In this document: positions 56,467-64,000 of the stretch, piece after piece
Layout: each line of letters opens with the position of its first letter
Position numbering within the stretch: position 1 is the first letter of the stretch
Source: an uncultured Deinococcaceae bacterium
GTDB lineage: Bacteria; Deinococcota; Deinococci; Deinococcales; Deinococcaceae
Assembly: GCA_964252075.1 (NCBI GenBank)
Contig: CAXULY010000028.1
Coordinates: 1-64,000, forward strand
Direction: 5' to 3'
DNA length: 64,000 nucleotides
Translations under genes and position numbers: made by a program
Notes under the pieces: model-generated
Databases searched by the model: none
What the model was told of the DNA's origin: nothing
Seen by the model: the letters and a program-made list of their open reading frames with translations, nothing else

Positions 56467-56979
56467 ATGCCACTCTATCCCCTTGACGGGGTCCAGCCGC
56501 AGGTGAGTGAATCCGCGTTCATCGCGCCGAGCGCGGACGTGATCGGGCGGGTGCGGGTGCAGGATGGCGCCAGCGTGTGGTTCGGCGCGGTGCTGCGCGG
56601 CGACCTTGAGGAGATCACGGTGGGGCCCGGCTGCAATGTGCAGGACGGCGCCGTGCTGCACACTGACGAGGGGTACCCTTGCACCCTCGCGCAGGACGTC
56701 ACGGTGGGGCACCGCGCCATCGTGCACGGCGCGACGTGCGCGCCCGGCAGCCTCGTGGGCATGGGCGCCGTGATGCTCACGGGCTCCAGCCTCGGCGCGG
56801 GCGCGGTGCTGGCGGCGGGCGCGCTCCTCACGGGCGGCACGCACGTCCCGGACGGCATGCTCGCGGCGGGCGTGCCCGCCCGCGTGCTGCGCGAGATCGC
56901 GCCGCAGGGGAACGCCGCGCGCTACCAGGCGAACGCGCAGCGGTACCGCGCGGGCCTCGGCGCGGGGCGTGAGGCATGA
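56467..56979 (+). CDS. Gamma carbonic anhydrase-like (hexapeptide repeat) protein
   Basis: VWFGAVLRGD, NVQDG.VLH and VTVGH.AIVHG. Confidence 0.9.
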   Translation: MPLYPLDGVQPQVSESAFIAPSADVIGRVRVQDGASVWFGAVLRGDLEEITVGPGCNVQDGAVLHTDEGYPCTLAQDVTVGHRAIVHGATCAPGSLVGMGAVMLTGSSLGAGAVLAAGALLTGGTHVPDGMLAAGVPARVLREIAPQGNAARYQANAQRYRAGLGAGREA

Positions 56980-57809
56980 CGGACCCGAACGCCAAGCCGG
57001 GAGGCGGTGAAGCCACGCCGCCCCCCGCGGCCGGCGACATCGAGATCGTGATTCCCGAGCTGCGCCCCATGTTCCCGGGCGCGCAGCCGTTCCTCGCGCG
57101 GTTCCTGCCGCGCTCCAAGGCGGCCTTCGTGGGCTTGCGCGCGGGCTTCTGCGACCTGCACGCCTTCCTGCGCTACCTGCACGACCAGGACTGGTACGGC
57201 TTTCTGCACGCGGGCCTGAACGACCAGTCCGCGTTCGTGATGGTGTACGAGGGCCGCACGGTCGCCGCCGCGAGCGGCACCACCACCGGCGAGCAGGCGC
57301 TCGGGGAGCTGCTGAGCCTCTTCGAGGCGGGCGCGCCCATCAACGCCTTCACGCTCAGCAAGGACCTCGCGCAGATCCTCAGCGGCGTGGGCAGCCGCGC
57401 GTGGAAATTCAACCTCACCGAGGACTTCACGGGCCTGCAGGCGGGCCCGCGCGGCGCGACCTTCTGGCTGAACGGCAGCGTCATCGCGAACATGCCCGCC
57501 GTGCTGCCGTACGAGGGCGCCTTCCCCGCCCCCATGCGCCCCAACACCCTGATCCTGCCGAAGAGCCTCGCGGGCTGGGCGCACCGCAATTACGTGCTGA
57601 CCCTGCGCGGCAAGGACGCCCTGAACGCCATCACGGTCGCGCACCAGAGTTTCCGCACGCAGTTCGGGCCGGTCGGGCTGGGCCTGCTGCGCGCCATGAG
57701 CGAGAACCTCTCGCCCGCCGAGTACAGCCTGCGCAGCGACGTCGCCCTGCACGACCTGGAACCCCTCGTGAACGAGTTCGCGCGCGGTGGCTTCGCCCGC
57801 GAGGCCTGA
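56976..57809 (+). CDS. Hypothetical protein
   Basis: 277-aa ORF with GC3 bias and ATGA coupling to the upstream gene. Confidence 0.75.
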   Translation: MTDPNAKPGGGEATPPPAAGDIEIVIPELRPMFPGAQPFLARFLPRSKAAFVGLRAGFCDLHAFLRYLHDQDWYGFLHAGLNDQSAFVMVYEGRTVAAASGTTTGEQALGELLSLFEAGAPINAFTLSKDLAQILSGVGSRAWKFNLTEDFTGLQAGPRGATFWLNGSVIANMPAVLPYEGAFPAPMRPNTLILPKSLAGWAHRNYVLTLRGKDALNAITVAHQSFRTQFGPVGLGLLRAMSENLSPAEYSLRSDVALHDLEPLVNEFARGGFAREA

Positions 57810-57821
57810 CCGCATCCGGGC

Positions 57822-58508
57822 ATGAACCGCCGCGCGCGTCAACGGTCCCGCGAGCCGGACTTCGTGAGTCGCGACACCGGGCGGCTCTCCGCGTTCAGTG
57901 ACGCGGTGTTCGCCATTGCCCTCACGCTGCCCGTGCTGGAAATCCGGTTGCCCGGCGAGGGCGGGGCGTTCATGACGGGCCTGCAGAACATGCTGCCGGG
58001 CCTCCTCGTGTACCTCGTGACCTTCAGCGTGGGCGGCATTCACTGGCTGGCGCACTACCGGCTCTTCGGGCACGTGCGGCGCATCGACCGCCGCGCCATG
58101 AACAGCAACCTGGTGTTCCTGCTGCTGTTCAGCCTGCTGCCCCTCACCACGTCACTCCTCATGAACAACGCCGAGCAGCCGATCGCGAAGGCCATGTACA
58201 GCGTGAACCTGGGGCTCTTGGGCCTCGTGCTGGGGTTCTTCTCGGGGTACCTGGACCGCCGGGGCTTCATCGAGCGGCCCGCGCTGGAACGCTACTACCG
58301 CGCCCGCAGCCTCGCGATGGGCACCCTGTTCCTGTTGCAGGCCCTGCTGGCGCTCGTGCGGTCGGAGTGGTGGGCGTGGTCGTACCTGCTGTTCCCGGTG
58401 GTGTTCGTGGTGCTGCGCCGCCTGCCCGCCATGCGGGTGCCCGACGAGCGCGAGGTGGATGAGCTGTACGACGGGCCGGAAGACACCCCACACCCCGAAG
58501 TCACCTGA
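57822..58508 (+). CDS. TMEM175-family potassium channel
   Basis: RL.AFSDAVFAIALTL signature; about six TM helices. Confidence 0.88.
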   Translation: MNRRARQRSREPDFVSRDTGRLSAFSDAVFAIALTLPVLEIRLPGEGGAFMTGLQNMLPGLLVYLVTFSVGGIHWLAHYRLFGHVRRIDRRAMNSNLVFLLLFSLLPLTTSLLMNNAEQPIAKAMYSVNLGLLGLVLGFFSGYLDRRGFIERPALERYYRARSLAMGTLFLLQALLALVRSEWWAWSYLLFPVVFVVLRRLPAMRVPDEREVDELYDGPEDTPHPEVT

Positions 58509-58737
58509 GGCCAACCGCCGGGCCGCACGCACAGGTACCGGCCGTTCAGCCCGCCGGTTTTCCCGGGCTGCGCCTTCATGAATGGCGGTCGTCGTCGGGT
58601 GGGGCGTTCATGTTCATGCTGCCGCCGCCTCAGCGCGGCGCACGCCACGGAACCTTAAACAACCGCCCCACAACTCATCTTCCCGCACCTACAGTCCAGG
58701 GAACCCACCCGTCACGACTGAGCCACAGGAGGATGAC

Positions 58738-59193
58738 ATGAACCGAGTCACCGCGTTCGCCACGATCACCTTGCTTGCCGTCTCGTCCGCCGCGCTCGCG
58801 CAGTGCTCGGCGCACCCCACCTCCGCCTTCGCGGGCCGCGTGAAGATCCCGTACCCCAGGCCCGGCGGGATGGCCTCCGTCACGCGGCTGTGCGGACCGC
58901 AGGCCACGCGCATCTCCGAGGACCTGATGGCGCAGGGCCGCCGCATGAACATGCAGCTGCGCTGGGTGGAGGTGTACGAGGTGCGCCGCTGGACGTCCGC
59001 CTTCCACGACAGCATCTATCAGCTGCGCGGCCTGGGCTTCCAGCAGGCGCAGTACCGGCAGTTCAAACTGGCGGGCTGGAACGACGCCGAAACCCTGGTG
59101 TACGCGAACCGCAGCGGCCGGTACGCCGGCATGATCATGCAGGGCCGCTCCGCCACCGGGGACACGGCCCTGTTCGCCCTGTACGGCAACTGA
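58738..59193 (+). CDS. Secreted hypothetical protein
   Basis: AGGAGG RBS, signal peptide (ALA-Q), two Cys. Confidence 0.72.
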   Translation: MNRVTAFATITLLAVSSAALAQCSAHPTSAFAGRVKIPYPRPGGMASVTRLCGPQATRISEDLMAQGRRMNMQLRWVEVYEVRRWTSAFHDSIYQLRGLGFQQAQYRQFKLAGWNDAETLVYANRSGRYAGMIMQGRSATGDTALFALYGN

Positions 59194-59196
59194 ACC

Positions 59197-60477
59197 TCAG
59201 CGCGCGGGGCGCAGGTCCTGCACGCGCCGCAGCTTGCCGCCCTCACTGCGCGGCAGGCTGCCTGGCGGGCACAGCTCGCACGCGACCGTGACGCCCAGCT
59301 CCGTCTTCAGGCGCCGCGCGAGCTCCGCATTCAGGGGGCCGTCCGTGCGGGCGCTCTCCACGCGCAGCAGCAGCTCGTCCAGGGTGCCGGAGCGGTCCAG
59401 CACCAGCAGGTAGTGCGGGCTGAGGCCGTCCAGGCCCGCCAGCACCGCCTCCACCTGCGTGGGGTACACGTTCACGCCGCGCAGCACGATCATGTCGTCC
59501 GCGCGGCCCAGGATCTGGTCCATGCGGCGCGAGGTGCGCCCGGTCCTGTTCTCGCCAGGCAGCAGGCGCGTGAGGTCGCCCGTCCAGTACCGCAGGAGCG
59601 GCATGGCCGTGCGGCTCAGGCTGGTCAGCACCAGCACGCCCACCTCGCCGTCCGGAAGGGGCGCGCCCGTCTGCGGGTCCACGACCTCCGGGTAGAAGTG
59701 GTCCTCCCAGATGTAGCTGCCGTCCTGCTCGGTGGCGTCCTCGTTGCTCACGCCCGGCCCGATGATCTCCGAGAGGCCGTAGATGTTCGTGGCGGTCACG
59801 CCGAGGCGCGCCTCGATCTCCTGGCGCATGGCGGGCGACCAGGGCTCCGCGCCCAGCACCGCGTAGCGCAGGCTGGTGCCGCCTGGCGCGTGCCCGCGCG
59901 CGGCCAATGCCTCCGCGAGCACCAGCGCGTAGCTGGGCGTGCAGGCGATCACCTCCGGCCTCAGGTCCTCGATGAGCGTCACCTGCCGGGCGGTGCCGCC
60001 GCCCGACACGGGCACCACCCCAAGGCCCAGGCGCTCGGCGCCCGCGTGCAGGCCCAGCCCGCCCGTGAACAAGCCGTACCCGTAGGCGTTGTGGAAGACC
60101 ATGCCGGGCCGCGCGCCCGCCGCGTGCAGGCTGCGCGCCACCACCTCCGCGAACACCTCCAGGTCGTGCGCGTCGTACGCCACCACCGTCGGCTTGCCCG
60201 TGGTGCCGCTGGAGGCATGAATGCGGCGGATGTTTGCGCGGTCCGTCGCGAGCAGCCCGAAAGGGTAGTGGTCGCGCAGGGCGGCCTTCAGGGTAAAGGG
60301 GAAGCGGGACAAATCCTCCAGCCCCTTCAGGTCATCCGGCCCCACGCCCGCCGCCTCGAACTTCGCGCGGTACGCGGGCACGCGCTCGAACAGGCGCGCC
60401 ACGGTTGCCTGCAGGCGCGCGAGTTGCAGCGCCCGCAGGTCCGGCAGCGGCAGGGCCTCCGCGGCGGGGTTGAACAC
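59197..60477 (-). CDS. paaK: Phenylacetate--CoA ligase
   Basis: HASSGTTGKP, YGLFTGGLG, GAEPW, YGLSEIIGPGV and GRADDM. Confidence 0.93.
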   Translation of the reverse strand: MFNPAAEALPLPDLRALQLARLQATVARLFERVPAYRAKFEAAGVGPDDLKGLEDLSRFPFTLKAALRDHYPFGLLATDRANIRRIHASSGTTGKPTVVAYDAHDLEVFAEVVARSLHAAGARPGMVFHNAYGYGLFTGGLGLHAGAERLGLGVVPVSGGGTARQVTLIEDLRPEVIACTPSYALVLAEALAARGHAPGGTSLRYAVLGAEPWSPAMRQEIEARLGVTATNIYGLSEIIGPGVSNEDATEQDGSYIWEDHFYPEVVDPQTGAPLPDGEVGVLVLTSLSRTAMPLLRYWTGDLTRLLPGENRTGRTSRRMDQILGRADDMIVLRGVNVYPTQVEAVLAGLDGLSPHYLLVLDRSGTLDELLLRVESARTDGPLNAELARRLKTELGVTVACELCPPGSLPRSEGGKLRRVQDLRPAR

Positions 60478-62531
60478 TACGCCTCCCGGCGCGCCACGAG
60501 CGTCAGGATGCTGTACGTGGCGACCAGCACCTCGTCCTGGTTGGTGACCTCCACGTGCCAGCGCACCACGCCCGTGCGTAGCTCGCCCTCGCGCGGGTCC
60601 TTCGCGGTCTTGCTCTGCACGGTGAGGCGCGCGCGGATGGTGTCCCCGAACCCCACGGGCTCCGTGAAGCGCAGGCCCTCCAGGCCGTAATTCGCGAGGA
60701 CCGGCCCCACGCCAGGGTCCACGAACAGGCCCGCTGCCGCCGAGAGCACGAAGTACCCGTGCGCCACCCGCTGCCCGAACAGGCTGTCCCGCGCGGCGAT
60801 CTCGTCCGTATGCGCGTAGAAGCGGTCCCCGCTCAGGGCCGCGAAGGCGCTCACGTCCGCCTCCGTCACGGTGCGGCGCGGCGTGAGGAGGCTCTCGCCC
60901 ACCTGCAGGTCCTCGAAGAACTTGCGGAAGGGATGTACGGTGTCCTCGTGCACGCGCGAGCCCGGCACGAACTCCCGCGTGATGGCGGTCAGGGTGCTGG
61001 GGTCCGCCTGGAGCGCCACGCGGTTCATGAAGTGCTTGATGCCGCTCAGGCCGCCCAGCTCCGCGCCGCCGCCCGCGCGACCGGGGCCGCCGTGCAGGAG
61101 CTGCGGCAGGGGGCTGCCGTGCCCGGTGCTCTCCTTCGCGTTGTCGCGGTTCAGGACCAGCACGCGCCCGTGCGCGCTCGCCATCCCGAAGAACAGGGTG
61201 CTCGCCTCGCGCGGGTCGTGCGTCACGATGCTGCCCGCAAGGCTCCCGCGCCCCAGGCGCGCCAGCTGCGCCGCCTCGTCCAGGTTGTCGTACGGCAGCA
61301 GGGTCGCGACCGGCCCGAAGGCCTCCAGCTCGTGCGGGCCGCGCGCGGTGAGGGGCGCGTCGCAGTACAGCAGGGTGGGGTCCATGAACGCGCCGCGCTC
61401 GCGGTCGCCGCCCAGCAGGTCCCGCGTCTCCCCGATCAGCACCTCCGTCTCGGAGCGCAGCTTCTCCAGCGTCTCGCGCACCCGCTCGCGCTGCTGCGTG
61501 CTCACCAGGGCGCCCATGCGCACGTCGTCGCGGCTGGGGTCGCCCACCGTGACCTTCGCGAGCCTTGCGCGGATGGCCGCCGCGACCTCCTGCACGCGCG
61601 CGCGCGGCACGATCACGCGCCGGATCGCCGTGCACTTCTGCCCGGCCTTCCCGGTCATCTCGTTCACCACCTCGCGCGCGAACAGGTCGAACTCCGGACT
61701 GTCCGGCGTGACGGTCTCGCCCAGCACGCTGGCGTTCAGGCTGTCCGCCTCCGCGTTGAAGGGCACGCTGCGCGCCACGAGGTTCGGGTGCACCCGCAGC
61801 TTGTTCGCGGTCGCGGCGGAGCCCGTGAAGGCCACCACGTCCTGCTCCGTCAGGTGATCCAGCAGGTCGCCCGCCTCGCCCGCCACGAGCTGCAGGCTGC
61901 CCTCCGGCAGAAGGCCCGAGGCCACGATGTCCCGCACCACCCGCTCCGTGAGGTACGCCGTCTGCGGCGCGGGCTTCACGAGGCTCGGGAGGCCCGCCAG
62001 GAAGGTCGGCGCCAGCTTCTCCAGCATGCCCCACACCGGGAAGTTGTACGCGTTGATGTGCACCGCGAGGCCCTCGCGCGGCACCAGCACGTGCCGCGCC
62101 ACAAACCCGCCCTGCTTGCTGAGGCGCTCCACGTTCCCCTCCGGCCAGAAGCGCTCGTCAGGCAGCTCGCGCCGCCCCATGCTGGCGTACGAGAACAGGG
62201 TGCCGATGCCGCCCTCAATGTCCACCCAGCCGTCCCGCCGCGTCGCGCCCGTGAGGGTGCTCAGCGCGTAGTACGCCTCCTTGCGCTCCATGAGGTGCAG
62301 GGCGAGCGCCTTGAGCATGCGGGCGCGGTCGTGGAAGGTCAGGCGGCGCAGGGCGGCGCCGCCCACCTCGCGCGCGTACTCGGTGGCGCGCGCGAAGTCC
62401 ACGCCGTCGCTGGACACCACCGCCACGGGGCGCCCGAAGGTCGCGTCATGGACGGTCAGGCCGTCGCGCGCGGTGTGCCACGTGCCGTACACGTAATTGC
62501 CGGGCCGGAGAAGATCAGGAATGGTCGTCAT
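60477..62531 (-). CDS. paaZ: Bifunctional oxepin-CoA hydrolase/aldehyde dehydrogenase PaaZ
   Basis: ALDH domain (INAYNFP, FTGS, GQKCT, EAFGP) plus C-terminal MaoC dehydratase (AHGYF). Confidence 0.93.
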   Translation of the reverse strand: MTTIPDLLRPGNYVYGTWHTARDGLTVHDATFGRPVAVVSSDGVDFARATEYAREVGGAALRRLTFHDRARMLKALALHLMERKEAYYALSTLTGATRRDGWVDIEGGIGTLFSYASMGRRELPDERFWPEGNVERLSKQGGFVARHVLVPREGLAVHINAYNFPVWGMLEKLAPTFLAGLPSLVKPAPQTAYLTERVVRDIVASGLLPEGSLQLVAGEAGDLLDHLTEQDVVAFTGSAATANKLRVHPNLVARSVPFNAEADSLNASVLGETVTPDSPEFDLFAREVVNEMTGKAGQKCTAIRRVIVPRARVQEVAAAIRARLAKVTVGDPSRDDVRMGALVSTQQRERVRETLEKLRSETEVLIGETRDLLGGDRERGAFMDPTLLYCDAPLTARGPHELEAFGPVATLLPYDNLDEAAQLARLGRGSLAGSIVTHDPREASTLFFGMASAHGRVLVLNRDNAKESTGHGSPLPQLLHGGPGRAGGGAELGGLSGIKHFMNRVALQADPSTLTAITREFVPGSRVHEDTVHPFRKFFEDLQVGESLLTPRRTVTEADVSAFAALSGDRFYAHTDEIAARDSLFGQRVAHGYFVLSAAAGLFVDPGVGPVLANYGLEGLRFTEPVGFGDTIRARLTVQSKTAKDPREGELRTGVVRWHVEVTNQDEVLVATYSILTLVARREA

Positions 62532-62546
62532 GGGGGTCCTTTGGAT

Positions 62547-63035
62547 TCAGATGCTCTTGAGCGCCTCGAAGGGCTCCTGGCAGGCGTTGCACACGAACAT
62601 GCGCTTGCACAGCGCGGAGCCGAAGGTGGCGGTGCGCCGGGTGTTCAGGCTGCCGCAGCGCGGGCAGGGGGTGGGCGCGGGGTCCAGCGTGATGAGGCCG
62701 TCCCCGGCGGGCGCAGGTGGCGCGAGGCCCGCGAGGCGCAGCTTCTCCCGCCCCACCGGGGTGATGTCGTCGCTGCTCCACGGGGGTGAGAGGACCGTCT
62801 GCACCTGCACGTCCGGGACGCCCAGGGCGCGCACCGCCTCGCTGATGCCGTCGCGGATGACGTGCAGGGCCGGGCAGCCGCTGAAGGTCGGCACGAAGCG
62901 CACCGTCACGCGCTCATCCGTGACGTCCACGCCGCGCACCATGCCCATCTCCGTGACGCTCACGGTGGGGAGTTCGGGGTCGGGTACGCCCGCGAGGGCC
63001 GCCCACACCTCCCGCTCGCCCACAGTGGTGGTCAC
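62547..63035 (-). CDS. paaD: Phenylacetyl-CoA epoxidase subunit PaaD
   Basis: [20 protein letters not shown] and CK....C..C.EPF. Confidence 0.92.
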   Translation of the reverse strand: MTTTVGEREVWAALAGVPDPELPTVSVTEMGMVRGVDVTDERVTVRFVPTFSGCPALHVIRDGISEAVRALGVPDVQVQTVLSPPWSSDDITPVGREKLRLAGLAPPAPAGDGLITLDPAPTPCPRCGSLNTRRTATFGSALCKRMFVCNACQEPFEALKSI

Positions 63036-63808
63036 CAGCGCACCGCCTCGGGGTCCGTGCGCGCGACCGCCTGGAACTCCGCCAGCAGTTCGGTCAGGTG
63101 CGGGCTGTGCGTTTCCCGGTTGAAGGGTGTGACCTCGTTCTGGGGCATATTCAGGCCGCAGCGTGTGAGATGACCGGTGACCGCATGCAGCCAATCCCCT
63201 CGCAGCGCCTCCGGGTCGGGCAGCAGGCCGTCGTGAATGGCGGCCTCCTCGCCTGGCACGCGCTCCGGCAGCTGCAAGGCCAGCGGCCACAGCTCGTCCA
63301 ATGCGTTCTGCGCCCGCCTCTGGCTCTCCTCGGTCCCGAGGCCCAGCTGCTCCACCCACTGCGCGCTGTGCTCCAGGTGGAAGCGCTCCTCGCGCACCGC
63401 CTGACCGGCGGCCTCCGCGAGCGGCGCCCAGGCGCTCCCGCGCGCCGCCGCCAGCCAGCGCAGCTCCCACGCGTCGAACAGGTACTGGCGGATCATGGTG
63501 AAGGCCCAGTCGCCGCGCGGTTGCTCGGTGAGGGGCAGGTTCCGCCAGAACGCCGCGTCCCGACGGAACGCGAGGGCGTCCGGGTCGCTGCCGTCCAGCC
63601 CCGCGCGCAGATCCAGCCACAGCATCGCGTGGCCCAGCTCGTCCTGCGCGAGGTTCGCGAGGGCGATGTCCTCCTCCAGCAGCGGCGCGTGCCCGGTCCA
63701 CTCGGCGTCGCGGTGCGCGAGGGTCAGCTCGTCGTCCGCGAGGGCCGTGAGGCGCGCGACCAGGGCCGCACGCACGGCGGGGGAGAGGGCGGTGGTGGCG
63801 TCACTCAC
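63032..63808 (-). CDS. paaC: Phenylacetyl-CoA epoxidase subunit PaaC
   Basis: ADD...[24 protein letters not shown] and EE.FH. Confidence 0.92.
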   Translation of the reverse strand: MSDATTALSPAVRAALVARLTALADDELTLAHRDAEWTGHAPLLEEDIALANLAQDELGHAMLWLDLRAGLDGSDPDALAFRRDAAFWRNLPLTEQPRGDWAFTMIRQYLFDAWELRWLAAARGSAWAPLAEAAGQAVREERFHLEHSAQWVEQLGLGTEESQRRAQNALDELWPLALQLPERVPGEEAAIHDGLLPDPEALRGDWLHAVTGHLTRCGLNMPQNEVTPFNRETHSPHLTELLAEFQAVARTDPEAVRW

Positions 63809-64000
63809 CGCGCCGCCCCCCGATCAGGCCGTAGGCGCTCTGCTGCTTGTACGTCTTGTCCTTCGCGGGCGCGAACCAGCTCTCGACCACCTGGTCGTCC
63901 GGGTCGCTCTGCGCGAGGGCGCGGGCGGGCAGCACCCACCACACCAGCGCGGGCGGCTCGGGGTATTCGGTCTGCGCGCGGGCCAGGGCGTCCTCGGGGT
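63801..64000 (-). CDS. paaB: PaaB-like protein, 3' part (truncated by the window edge)
   Basis: ..ALARAQ....WWVLPA......WFAPAKDKTYK, immediately upstream of paaC. Confidence 0.7.
   Translation of the reverse strand, partial: PEDALARAQTEYPEPPALVWWVLPARALAQSDPDDQVVESWFAPAKDKTYKQQSAYGLIGGRRGE

Overview
GC-rich chromosomal segment, almost certainly from a Deinococcus species. Supporting markers are Gfh1, CarH/LitR with an LdrP-like Crp, an SLH-beta-barrel envelope protein, and widespread TAnnnT -10 boxes 5-7 nt before start codons (leaderless genes). Most of the window is housekeeping and metabolism: recO, lysS, a ROK-regulated sugar ABC transporter, tRNA-fMet, alr, rapZ-yvcK, ndh with a Rex box, T-box-valS, clpS-clpA and the 3' end of a paa operon. 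No CRISPR array, prophage or intact IS was seen. The standout is a candidate peptide-signalling (quorum-sensing-like) cassette at 21619-24864. An unlisted 54-aa leaderless secreted propeptide carries a duplicated K(D/N)NFGV motif and is followed by a second small ORF and a PAS/HD-GYP phosphodiesterase. These genes are divergent from a TPR-wHTH-BTAD regulator, and three 11-bp-phased TGTG(A/G)A repeats lie in the SARP-type activator position of the peptide promoter. Secondary items are a CrtEb/LyeJ-like plus CrtD-like pair next to the B12 photoreceptor, leaderless micro-ORFs coupled to recO and to an ABC permease, an unknown gene between the Val T-box and valS, and a frameshifted gene remnant. 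All product calls come from motif recognition by eye; no database searches were run.
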